A DNA stretch of 60,147 nt, filler included, from 8 parts of 8 records of this genome joined end to end with filler, not necessarily neighbours in it, one strand, 5' to 3'. Counted from the whole stretch's first letter, positions 1-12,200 are shown. The notes: generated by a model not told the origin, from the sequence alone. Made by a program: numbers and translations.

Positions 1-66
1 ACACACACACACACACACACACAAAAACAACAACAACACAAATAAAAAAAACAACAACAACAACAA
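1..66. repeat. (AC)n and (CAA)n microsatellites at contig start
   Basis: acacac... at 1-22 followed by interrupted caa repeats; typical assembly break point. Confidence 0.9.
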
Positions 67-147
67 AGGGAGCAACCGCCCCGCCATCCTCTTTGTATCA
101 CGCTTGGTGACTCTCACGACGAGAATGAAATACCCTTAACAACGGCA

Positions 148-1991
148 ATGCTCTTCTTGCCGGCATCTTTTCGCGGAGGTTCCACAAAGCTCCTGGCCAC
201 TCGATGCCGACTACCACTCACTCGATTTTCCAACCGTCGTGGTCCCGGATCTACCGGCAGTCTTTCAGCATCGATGCGGAGGCGTAGCGATAGTCCTGCT
301 GCCGGTCGGGGCAGACGGGGCAAGGCAGAGCGGCAAACTGTGCCGCGCACGAAGAAATCACTCGGCCAGCACTTTCTGGTGGATGCGGGCGTGTTGAGAG
401 CGATCGCCAAAGAAGTGCGGCGTTCAGCCCGCGAAGCTCAGAGTGTTGGCCCAGTTCTCGAGATTGGCCCGGGGTCCGGCAACCTTACACGCTACCTATT
501 GGACGAGGTGGCTCCGGACACATGTGCTGACGGCGATGATGGTAGCGCTGCAATCACCTGCGCCCCATCTGCAAGCGGGAAAAGGCAACTCCATGTTGTA
601 GAAGTGGACCCTCGCATGGTTCGGCTCCTTGCAGCCAGCTTCTCGCCAGCCGTCGAGCGCGGGGTATTGAAGATCCACCACTGTGATGTTCTTGATTTCA
701 TGGACTCGGAAATTATAGGAGAACCTGGGGTTGCTGCGACTGGTCGCTTTTCAGAAAGTGCTGCGGGGACCCTCAATCGATTCCCGGTCGTGGTCGGAAA
801 TTTGCCATACAATCTGTCTTCGCCAATCTTTGCACGAATGATGGCACAGCAAAACGGGCAGCGCGCCGCCCAAAGCGAGGGCACTGGCAACCAATGGTGG
901 GATCATGCCGTTGTGATGACACAAAAAGAGTTTGCAGACCGCGTGTTGGTAGGGAGTGGCTTGTCAGCTCTTTGTTGCCAACTCCTGTTTGTCGAAATTT
1001 GAGAATGTGACCCTTGCTCCTTTTTTTCCGTTGTTTTTAGGGGACGCCTGGTTCCAGCAATTACAGCCGACTGTCCGTCACAACTGCTGTCTTTCTCCAT
1101 GTTCGACGAGTGTGCGACGTTGGGTATGCGTGCTTGCATTGTGTGTTGCAACTGCCATCTCCTCACCAGCTCATGCTGACATGCCTCGTGCGCGGCCGGC
1201 GTCTGATTTTGTGTACCGGTATGGAATCTTGGGCATCGCATTCTTTCCTACTCAAGTCGCTCAAGCTTTTCCCCACCCCCAAAAGTGGATTCCACAGTGA
1301 TAGCGATGCAACAACGCTCACACGATCTAACCATTTCCGAGATTGCACAGGTATTTTTTTCAGTGCAAGCGACATAATTGCGCTTGTCGGTACGCCAGTG
1401 TGCTTATATTGCTTGCAGACGTCACATTCAGCGATGGTTTTGGTATTGCCTCGTGTCCCCAGCTCGATTTGCTCCTCAGAACGTGCTTTCACCGAAAAAA
1501 CAAAACGCTTCGCTCCGTATTCCGGCGACTGTGTCCTGCACAACCGAGCAATGTGTTGCCCTCAGGAAAAATACACCAAACAACGAAAAAAAAGAAAAAG
1601 CGAATTCATCACGAGACGTCGCTCCCTTCTCTCCAGTTTCGAGACAGCGGGGCAGCACGACCAAACAATTTGGCTGAAGATGCTGTATTTGAAAGCGCAC
1701 TCCAGTGTTTAGGTGGTCTTGCAACCATGCGGGCGAGAGAGATTGAACCGGTGCGCAAGTTTCTTATTTTTCAAAACGTGTCTTGACAAATATGAAGGTC
1801 GTGTACGTGCCGGTGCACTGGTTGATTGGAGGCTTCGGCTGCCACACACTCAAGCCTCTATTGACTTTCTTTTTTCTTTGCTTCTGTCAACTGGTGATTT
1901 TTTCGTCAAGAGCCAATTTGTAGCGCTGCTTCGCCAAATGCTTGACGCTGGGTTGGAGTTCACGATTGCAGTTTCCCAGCGCGGACAGTAG
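148..1991 (+). CDS. rRNA adenine dimethyltransferase (KsgA/Dim1 family), 5 exons: 148-948, 1041-1123, 1257-1350, 1463-1750, 1911-1991
   Basis: Motifs in order after splicing four GT-AG introns: KKSLGQHFL, VLEIGPGSGNLT, VEVDPRM, GNLPYNLSSP, QKEFADR, PGSSNYSRLSV, FSPPPKVDS, LLRTCFHRKNKTL. All intron phases are consistent. Confidence 0.9.
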
Positions 1992-2112
1992 TGAATTCCA
2001 ACTTTAGTTGTTAACTTATTTACCCTCTGGTGGAAATGCCTCATTCGCACAAATCAGCGGATATGACTGCCGTTCATGAACATACCTCGAACAACGCAAC
2101 GCTCCAGACACT

Positions 2113-5100
2113 TCACAAGCGACCAATCCACCCGCGCTGGCAATGAGCTCGCACTGGAGGTGATGCTACCTCGATGAGCATGCAAGTAATATCGCCAACA
2201 TCTGCTTCGGACAAATCCACCAGCACAAAGTAGTCGACGCCTTCAGCCGGTTTGGTGGAGCCAGGTTTGGGCATTGCATGGCGTGACAAACAGCGTGCCA
2301 CCGTCGCGACAGCCGAGTGTCCACCCGAAGCGAGGGTGCCACGTGCAGCAACGTTGCTGGACAGTTGGGACGATTCGAGCTTGAGCACTGAAACCACAGA
2401 ACGCAGGCGTGCTCTTGGCGTTGACTCTTCAAACAAGCGGGGCTCTGTCTCGCTTGCTAAATTCGTGTCGTCGACTCGCTTGGATGCAGCAACATGAACC
2501 ATCCACCTTGCAACCTATGCGGTTCCGCCCACAATAAAAAGCAATGAGACCGAGAAACCAAAAGAGTCAAACCACTATTTTTCGCGCAGTCGACACGACA
2601 ACCGACCACGAACCTGCCAAGGCTTCAGTCTTTGCGAGGAAAGCACTGAGCGTACCAAATCTGCACCAACCAAGACAGCAACCAACGATGTTCAGCAACG
2701 CATAGCGATGGCCGGGCGTGGAATCGGTACAAAGGTGGACAAGTGCCCTCACCTGACATATCTGATGATGTCCACCTGTCTGTTGAAAGGCGCCGAGCTC
2801 TCCGAAACCCCGCGACTGTCACTGTGCGTTGCGACAGCACATTTTCTGCAGAGTTGCGCGGATCCAACGACAAAGGCAAACGGCCCAAATCTGAACTGTG
2901 AGCACGGCATGTCAGAACTGTTGCCGCCAAGGCCTCACCAGTGTACGCTAAGACAATGGCGAGCCTATCAAGATGCGCTTGGTGGCCGCACCACTCGGCG
3001 GCCTTGTGCACCGCTGCAAGACTGCCGTGGCTTGCAGTGGTTTCAAAGTGAGTATCAGCGGGCAGGGCAAGCTTTTCTGCCAAGGACGTCTCACAGGTCA
3101 ACTGGGCATTTTGCTCATGCTGCTTATCAACAAAAAAAGTCAAGTAACCGATTCGTGAACGGGGCATGTCGCTGATGTCAAGTATTTTCTTGACCAGAGC
3201 GACGGCAGTTTCAAGCAGTGGCCCGTCTCCAATCTTTTGAAACAGTGTCCCAGCAAACGTGGCATGCGGCACATGTTTCAGCTGGTAAAGTGCGCCTTCG
3301 CCAACACGCTCGCGGAACAAACTGCCGTCAAGACCACTGCTCGCGGCTGCTCTGTCAATTGTCTGCTTGGCAAGCTGGAGCGCTGTTGCTTGCTGGCGCA
3401 GCAGCTTCTGAGCGAGGTCAAGCGCGATATTCAGAGCAGAACCTTTGGACGATGGTTGAGAATCTGCGTCGGCTGCATATTGAACGATTCCCCAGGCCAA
3501 GGCAGTGGATGGCGACAGACGGTCGCCAGCAAGAATTATTTGCTTGGCCCGAGCAGGGCCAACAAGTGCTGTCAAGCGCGAACATCCACCTGCCGCAGGC
3601 ATCAGTCCGAGCGTAGGCTCAGGGAACCAAAAGCTTGCGCGCGGCCCAGCTACACGGAAGTCGCAGGCCTATGTCGCAGTTAGTACATCACAATAAGTGA
3701 TTTGTGCGCGCATGCACGTCCACTTCATTACACAAGCGAAGGAAGCACACACAAACCAAAGCCCACTCGAAGCCTCCAGCACAGCACGCGCCTTCAACCA
3801 CTGCAACAGAAATGAAGGATGCATCTGCTAGCTTGCGGAACACACGCTGGGATTCGAGATACAGCCCTGCGCGAGCGAAAAGTTTTTTTGCAGCTCAAGC
3901 CCCTTGTGCGATACATAAAGCAAGACACTCGGCAGAACAACACGGCGGAGCATGGAGCTTCGGGTGCACCTTTACGAACCATCACGAAGCTGGGGATTAG
4001 CGATCCGCCCGCGATCAGCCCCGGCACAGAAAAATCGGGGATTGGAAGAGCGGAATACCACTACACGAACAGCGCTATGGTGGCACTCGTCCACAACAGT
4101 CTCGAGCTTTCGCAGAACGCGCGCATCATAGCTGTTTGCCTTTGATGGCCGATCAATGGTTACCTGCAGTGACCGGAAGAAGAAAAAGTCCACACACGGT
4201 GACATTTGGAACCAACGTTTCAGTCATCTGCACAAACAAAGCGCAACGCACTAAAGCGACCCCGACGTGTGATCCTGTCAACAACCGCAAGAACAATCCG
4301 CGGTCTGGAAGGACATCTTCTTCCGTCTCACGAACGGATGGAATGTTGCGCCCCTTGTGTACGCAGTTGGTGCGGGGAGGCAACAATGCTCCTTGGTGGT
4401 TGATCAATTCGTCAAGGTCAACAAGATGATCGCGAAACAACCCTCTCGATGTGAAGTATTGCAGAGAAATGGTAGCTTTGGGCCCCGGCACGAGGAGACG
4501 CTCTAGAAATGAGCCCCCGAGCAAACTGTGAGTCCAATGCGCGGCACCCTAAGTGCACATTCAAGCGAATCATACCAGCACAAAAAAAATAGATGATTTA
4601 ACGACTCCAGTGCAACTCCCTGGACCCGCTCGCAACAATGCCATGGGTTTACGTACCAAGGCAGAGACTGCCTCCCACCCTGCTGATTGGTCATCGTCAG
4701 CTGTGCATAGCTTCCAGGCACTTTGTGCCCGGTTCTTGGGGGTACTTGTTTTGCGAGGTAGCATCGCGGCCCGTGCTGTGCAGCAACAGCCAAGATCAAA
4801 CTGGAAACGTCGCCAGTGTGCCTACAACAGCAACATGGACAACAACAACCACAAGCCCACATGCGGGAAAATGGGTCAACACAACGCAGAACTGGCGGGT
4901 CAAGTCAGCGAGCAAGCTGGTTGCAAGCGGCACTGTGCCCAACACTAGTTGTGCGGAAGTGCCAAAGTGCAAAATTGATTTGTACCGGGACAGTTTTGTC
5001 GAAATTGTTCACGAGACAACAGGTCCGAATCAAGCCGCATGATTCGGCAAATAGAGTGCTCAAAGTCGATAAGAGCCCGAGCCATGCATGAAGCTGTTCC

Positions 5101-6677
5101 TGAAAAGACCCGCTGATATCAAGCTGCACGGCATCCTCCTCGCAGTCTTGAGGCACAAGCGCGTGATGTGTCGCGGTGAAGCTGATCAGCACCTGCGTCG
5201 GACCGGCAACCCGTTCGGCGAGAGTTTCCAGAAAATGAGTGACCCCGCGGGAGACTCCAGTCCATGGAATTCCGCCACGAAAACCTGGCACGAAAAAATC
5301 CAAAACGAGAGAGGTTTCTTTCGGAGCTCGCGCGGTCTGGAAACGAAAAACTGTGGCTCCTGCGACGCGCGATTTCCAGCGACTGTCCCCATCCACTTTT
5401 CCTGCCGTACTACTTTCGGCCGTTTCTGTGCCATTGTCGAAGGCACTTGTGATTTGCCATTGCCGCTTCACGACCGTTACCGGGCCCGTGCTGGCCGATC
5501 CCGGCCCAATAGGCCATTCCCAAAAGCCGTCCGACGGCTGAGGACGCTGCGGCCCTTGCGCTTCTGCACCTGGCGGGGCCTCGGTCGCTGCCTTCAGCAC
5601 TCCTGCTGCTGACGCCAAGTCCCGTAAAGTGGAAACTGCCGCTGCCGTTGCAACGAAGTTGTCAACATCGCTAGCGGTCCAATGATGGTTCCCATTGGTG
5701 TCACCACCACCCGCACCATCGCCGACAGAGCCACCCGCGGCTCTGCCCAGCTGCTTTGCTTGAAGCACGATTGCTTGAGGCCCTTCGGCTGAACGGAGTA
5801 TGGCCTTCGCAGGCATCCACCCATTGCGTCGTACATACGCCTCCACCACGTCGGCGAGTTGCATCGCGCGGTCAGCAAGCCCACCGCCCCCCTCCGAACC
5901 CAGCATGGTATCCGCCGTCGACACGCCAGGGTAAATTTTGCAAGGAAGCCCAGGTTGCGCCCCAAACAACAAGCGGGCGACATCTGAAAAAAATGGTACT
6001 GTCTCACCATTCGCAGCGATGAGTTTGCATGTTTCCGCCTCGCGCGCAGCGATGTCAGCACCAGTCGTGCTGTCCACACAAACTGTGAGGAGTCCCAGTT
6101 TGACAAGGACATTCGTCGGGATACCGCCGTCTGCCATGGCACATGAGTTGCAAACGCCGGCGACAAAGGCCTGAGCCCAGCGTTCGCCACACCCCGCAAA
6201 TAAAAAGCTTGTGGATGAGATGGCGGCGGCTGAAAACCGAGCTGCTGAAACTCCAGGGGCATAGCAGCAATCTACGCTCAGCGCAAACGCAAACAATCCT
6301 TCGTGTAGGAGGTGGTGATGGTCATTCTCAGCAGTGCCCCCTTTGTGTCGAGCAGGCAGTAGGAGGGCAGTGCGACAATGGAGCTGTCGAATGGCACGCA
6401 TATACCCTGCAATGGCTGCTGCAGTCCGAGGCCCCGGCGGCTGAGCGCCTTTCAGCAGCAGCAGCAAGCCAAATACGGCAAACAGGCACACATGATACGC
6501 TTCGAAAACCTCAGCATTCGCACTGGAGCATTTAACAACAATGCGGTCACGATACCTGCACACCCGTGCAACACTCTGCTGTCGTCTTCCGCGCAGGAGA
6601 AGACGACGCTCTTCAGGTGCTTTGCTTTTGACACGTGTCGAAGGGCGTCGTCCAGCGTTCGAAGGCAGTCGCTCCAG
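2113..6677 (-). CDS. 5'-partial multidomain protein: two degenerate crotonase-fold domains, one intact enoyl-CoA hydratase domain and a degenerate type III PKS (DpgA-like) domain. Exons 6677-6556, 6448-4986, 4821-4657, 4548-4252, 4163-3980, 3866-3757, 3668-2753, 2660-2614, 2514-2113
   Basis: Eight GT-AG introns of 88-164 nt give one open frame of 1234 aa. ECH motifs: VTIDRPSKANSY, FFCAGAD, VAVVEGACCAGGFEWALACDFRVA, FWFPEPTLGLMPAAGG. Thiolase-fold C-terminus: QVARWMVH, GTLASGG, KPG..DYFVLV. The ECH domain is secure; the other domain calls are less so. Confidence 0.75.
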
Positions 6678-6738
6678 CTACAAACAGCGAGTGAGAGTGA
6701 GTTTCGAGGAAATGACAGTGGCGGCAATCGAAATCAGC

Positions 6739-6761
6739 GAGTGAGTGAGTGAGTGAGTGAG
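6739..6761. repeat. (GAGT)n microsatellite at contig end, inside an intron of the minus-strand gene
   Basis: gagtgagtgagtgagtgagtgag directly before the N spacer; acceptor TTTGTAG ends at 6678 on minus. Confidence 0.85.
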
Positions 6762-6861
6762 NNNNNNNNNNNNNNNNNNNNNNNNNNNNNNNNNNNNNNN
6801 NNNNNTTAATTAATTAANNNNNNNNNNNNNNNNNNNNNNNNNNNNNNNNNNNNNNNNNNNN
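6762..6861. other. Artificial contig spacer
   Basis: 44 N + TTAATTAATTAA (stops in all six frames) + 44 N. Confidence 0.99.
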
Positions 6862-7035
6862 AAAAACAACAACACCAACAACAACAACAACGGAATTCCC
6901 ACTTTACAACCTCCCGGATCAGATCGTTGTGTTGTTTTTTTTTCTCTTCTTCTTCTGCGTCCACCTGCGGCTTGGTGAGAGCCTTTGTGAATGTTGGCCA
7001 ATCCAGCGATTCCATCTGGGCACGGGTTTGCCGAA

Positions 7036-8973
7036 ATGGACCACGACAACGACAGCGACGGCAGTTTGACAGGTAGCGACGGTATTGCTGTCGAAAACCG
7101 CGGCTCGTCGCCCCTTCCTGTGGCATCTTCATCTCAGGGTGCGCAGCCCGGCCTGTTCCAGTTTGCAGCGCCGAATGGATCGCCGTCGACGACGCAGGCA
7201 GGTTCCGCATTTTCTTCTGCTGGACACAAGCAGCACAGCACGTCCTCCTCCTCATCCTCGTCTGGAAAGAAGAAGCCTGCCGCCAAGCCTTCGCTGACAT
7301 CGCGCCGCAAAATCAAGTGGAATGTTGAGCCTTACCTCAGCAAAATGAAAAAGGCAATTGCAGTTGCATTGAGCGGCAGGTCGACCTCGAAGGTTGCCGC
7401 GCAGTTCGGAATCCCTGCCCGAACTCTTCGGCGATACGTTGCCAATGAGCGTGTCGGAATTTTCCCGGAAAATGGCTCTGGTGACGAAATGTCGCCGCCC
7501 ACTTCCGGCCGTTCAAGTCCGGTGCATGGCAGTGGACGTGACGAGTGTTTAAGTCCAGTGTCTCCAGACATCGACCAAATGGCTGCACACAATAGAGACA
7601 GTGACCATGCGCCACGCCAGCAGCGCCAGCAACAAGCGCCGTCGCAGCAACCTCAACAGCAACGGCACCGGCAACATGCGCAACAGCAACATCAGTCACT
7701 GCAGGAGCTCCATCCCCCACCAGGCACGATGCACGCGATGCACGGACACCCACACGGTCCCCCCCGCATGCTCCCGCAGCACCATCACGGGCACCACTTT
7801 TACAACCCGCACCATCCATCCCCCGGCCAGGCAGTTTTTGATCCTACTGCGACCACTCCCCTGCAAGTGCAAAAATTCCATCCAGCAGCAGTGCATCACA
7901 TGGCTGCAGTCCAACCACGCGTGGGTGCTACTGCGAAGAAACTGTTTGTGAAGGATGAATACCAACACACACCAGGGCAGCAAGCGTTTTATCAGTCGCC
8001 CGAGCAGCCTGCTCCATTGTCCCTTCACTCGTATTTACAATCTCCTTACGCGAACAGTGGGCATCCGTACGTCGTGTGCTTTGTCCATTGCTCTCTGAAC
8101 ATCGCCATCGCTCTTTCAGTACCGGGCCGAAGTACTTTATTGTCACCTTCCTGATTGGTGTGTGGTCTTCATGCTGTTGAATGGGCGCAGGTCTCCAGAG
8201 CAAGTTCCGACCCCGCACTCTGCAAATGGTCGGCCGCGCTCTCAAAGCTCTGTCAGCTCGTTTGCACTGCTTTTGCAAGCATGTCAACAACGGGACTCGT
8301 TGCCGCCTGGTTCGCAGCAGTCTCCGCAGCCGCAGTCTCAGCGGTCGCCCACTTTGTACCGCCATCCACAGTATCCTCCGCAACCACCACGAACCGTGGG
8401 CAATAGTAGCCACTGTTGCCCGCATTGCAGCTGTCATAACCATCACTCGCCGGCGCAAAATGCCGTAGGCTCTGCTCCAAAGCCAAACTCTGGGTCTTCA
8501 CAGGCTTCAACAAAGGAGCCAGTCAATATCTCTCAGTTGCAGGAAGTTGCAAATTCTGCTGGCATGGGAGAAATCGCAGAAGATTTGAAGGTGCGTTTGG
8601 GTGTGTGTGTGGCGGGGTGAGACACCACAGTGTGGAGTGGTACAGCAGCATGCTTGGCGGCTCGAGGATGAATAACTGTTTCCTATTATCTGCACATGAT
8701 GCGTGGTTTCGCGGGGGAGAACCCTGTACAAACCATGCTTCGGTGACTGTAGACAACCGGGTAGTTGAGGGCCTGACAATGCATGGTCTACTCACGGGCA
8801 ACATCGTTCACGTGCACCTTGTTATTTCATGGCTGTTGCCTTGTTGGTGTTGATTTTGCCAGGCTGGAGGACCTCAGCTCCAAACGTTGTTTCGCAACCG
8901 GTCCGGGTCGTTAGATTTGCTGTATCAGGCCATTCCAGCCCATTTGCGGCGGGAGCGTACCTTCACAACATGA
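7036..8973 (+). CDS. Pipsqueak-type HTH (HTH_psq-like) DNA-binding protein with Q/H/P-rich disordered tail; probable exons 7036-8066, 8191-8590, 8863-8973
   Basis: KMKKAIAVALSGRSTSKVAAQFGIPARTLRRYV fits the psq/CENP-B N-terminal HTH pattern. GT-AG introns at 8067-8190 and 8591-8862 are in phase; the last exon is less certain. Confidence 0.7.
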
Positions 8974-9230
8974 GCAGCCATGCTGTTCCCGCCCTACTTT
9001 TGCGCCAAATTTTATTGCCTGTCATTCGTGCAAGGCCAGACAATTTGTGTCTTGCTTTCCTTGCGCGAATCGGTCGATGCTGTGACACGCTGTGCGTTTC
9101 TCTGTTCTGGGACTGTGATTCTGGACTGCCAATTATATAATTCTTACTTTCCAAAAATCCAAGCTGATCCGGGTTGCTATGTTGCAGCCTTTTTTGAAAT
9201 ACCCATCCATGCGCCAACGATGCTGCCAAT

Positions 9231-12200
9231 TTATTTTGCATCACTCACGCTTGAACCGTTGGCTCCTCCATCTTGGACGTCGGGACTCTTGTTCCCTCCC
9301 CCTTCGTTGCTCTGGAGTTGTTGTCGCAGTTCTTGCCACATTAACCGAGCGATTCGGGGATCGCCATCCGTCGAGACGAGAAAGGCCGAGTCCCGCAGGT
9401 TCTATCGCACAACCCCAGAAGTCAGTGGGGCATCAAATCAGTCCAGCACGAGAAGGCGAACGACAACAGGTGCCGTGCACAAAAACAGCGAACTTGCCTC
9501 GGTGGCATATCTCTCAACAAGTTTATCGCCGCCAAAAGTCCCCACTCGCGATTTTCCCGTAAAGATTCCAGGCACTGCCGGAAGTGTTGGTGCGATGGAA
9601 GCCTGCGCAACACGCACGTCAAACATTACACGGTTGAATGGTCTCCCAGAGGCGCCCACATTGTCTCTTTGCAGTTGGTAACACTTTGAACCACTATCAT
9701 ACCCAGTCAGGCGACAAAAACGTGAGGACGGCGACTGTTGGTGCGGGCTTTGGTTGCTGCGGAGGCCTCGCGTCTGCTTCTGCAGCTTCGGCTTTTGCTT
9801 TTTCCTGACAAAACATTGTATTGTTGATTGTTACACTGTTGACACGTCATGTACACTGGAAATATATTTGGGCGAAGCGAAGTGCGAGCCACTACGGTTT
9901 GCCACGTGCCGCCTGCTTTGCCATCACAGTCTCGACGGACTCGCCTGTCACGTATGCGCGATATGCCGCAGTTTCGTACCTGGGAGCAAAGAACAGTGAC
10001 GATATGAACATCTGACCACAAGTGGATTCTGCTTGAGCCCCAAGGAAAATGCCGCTGAAAAGGTCAGCGTACGAAAATTGATGTGCTCGCAGACGTTTGC
10101 GCTCCGAGTCATCCGCAAGCCAAGCGGCATGATCGGCCACACCAACCTTCACATGCACGCGGCAGTGCGCATGTGAACATGCAATCACAGAAGAAAAACG
10201 CCACAGACGCAATAATTTGAGAGTCCATGGACCCAAACACGAGCAACAATGAGACGCACCGACAATGCTTCAGTGGCCGCGCGCAAAGCACCTTTCAGCG
10301 CTTCCACGTCCCTTGTAAGGATCGCACGTCCCGCCTTTTCATCTGAAATTACCGTCGCGGATGTTTCAGACCGGCTTGTTGGTATCGAGGATGCAATATT
10401 TGAGTTGACGCGACCAACCACTTGAAAAACACCCAGCTCAGCGTCTGATTCCGCAGGAGTCAGCAGTGCCACTCCAACGAGTACGCAGCCAGGCTTCAGA
10501 TATCGGGCTGCCGTGGATCCCTGAATTGACCTTCCCACTAGACCACTTTTGACAACGCGCTCGATTTCGAGCGGCACGACTCGGGAGTCGCTTTCGCTTG
10601 CGTCAGATTCACTCGTTTTTTTGAAAACAAGGCCAAATTTCAGTGCATCTGATGTTTCCTTTGCGATCTGTCAACGCAAAAGCACCAAATCAGCCAGAAT
10701 TTCGGAAGAAAAAGTGCTCGGCACCCCGAGGCAACAGTTCAGTCCACATATCAGCTCGCGCACTTTTTCTGCATCAATCACGACGTCCAGCGTAAATCTC
10801 GCGTCGAGAAGGTCACCAACGTCCGTCTAAAAAATACAGGCGCGTGCAACTTATGAGAATGTAGTTTTGACAATAAGGCGCTTGAAGTGCTGCGCAATGA
10901 TTGCGTTGTGAACGAACAGTAGTGGTTTTGTCTTGGTGCGTGGGCAACTGTCTCTGCTGAAAGGCATCCATGATGGTGTGATATGCCCTTCCTGCTGCGT
11001 CTTCATACCACTGCACCACCTACACAAAAGACCATGTCCCAGAAGACATTCAAGAGCACCTCGAAACAAAACTACATGCCTGAAAAAGTTGGAAGTGGTG
11101 ACGGGTCAAAAACCTGTCCTGGTGTCCACAAGCTTGGGTCATTGGTTGACGGAGCCGCAGGCGTCCCTCCACTCTCCAGATCTTGGACAGCAGTCGCATC
11201 ACCGCGTTGGCTATCGACAGTCTCCAAATCGTGCATCGCAATGCCTGGGACAGACGTGACGAACACCTTTTCTCCAGCAATGGAAAAATCAGCCTTCTCT
11301 TCGACAGCATCGCCTACAGTGGGCAAAGAGCAGTGTGCAAGCGTTGCCTGCCAGCGCAACCATTTTGGACACACACGAAAAAAGAAGAAGAAAAAAGTGA
11401 AACACGAATCAGTGCGTTAAATCACGATTTTTCCTCGTGCGGTGTACAAAAATGGACCGTACCATTCCATGGTCAATGTCGCTCGAGGACGGAGAAACAC
11501 AGCTCACCAATACCTGCCGTTTGCGACAAAGCACAAGTCGGCTGACACAATACAGTTGGCCAGTGGGTGGGAGAACTAAAGACGAGAAAAGAGAGCATGT
11601 CACACAGCCCAATCCCGGGTCCGCACCAAACGAGCGCCTCGATCAAGAAACACAGGGCTGAGCAGCCGTGTAATTTGAGACTCGCGAACAGGTGGCACGC
11701 TTCCAGTAGAATTGGTTGTGAGTTGCTCATCCTGCGCGATCTTGAGCCGAAGGCAGCGTTTGAGCGTATAAAGACTCGAATTGATCACTTTCGTCTCCGC
11801 GAGGCGTTCCTTTGTGTGATGTGACTGATCCTTTGCCCACTCCGACCTGTCCCAATCAGTGCACAAGTGCGTCAGTTTGGAGCCCACAACTCAACGCTCA
11901 ATCCCTTGACAGAGCCTCACACCAAGCGCCCGGCACAGAAAACGCACCCCGCGAGATCCACAAAAGCAAGTTCTTGCACGATGGGATTGCCTTCTTCTGC
12001 GTCATCTTTGAGTAGAAATCGAAAAACTGCATGCGATCGAGACGACTGTTCATGAACAGTGGTGACCTACAAGACAAAATCATGGTTCGTTGGACGACAG
12101 CAAACAACTGTGAAGCTAGGAAGGCGGCGGGTCCACTCAAATTGGTGGATCCAGAATGGAATCCAGCATGTCTGTGGTTTGATCATGTGTGCAACCACCA

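Noticed and set aside
6806-6817. Recurring TTAATTAATTAA as a biological repeat or CRISPR-like unit
   Set aside because: Always centred in exactly 88 N; it is a synthetic six-frame-stop linker.
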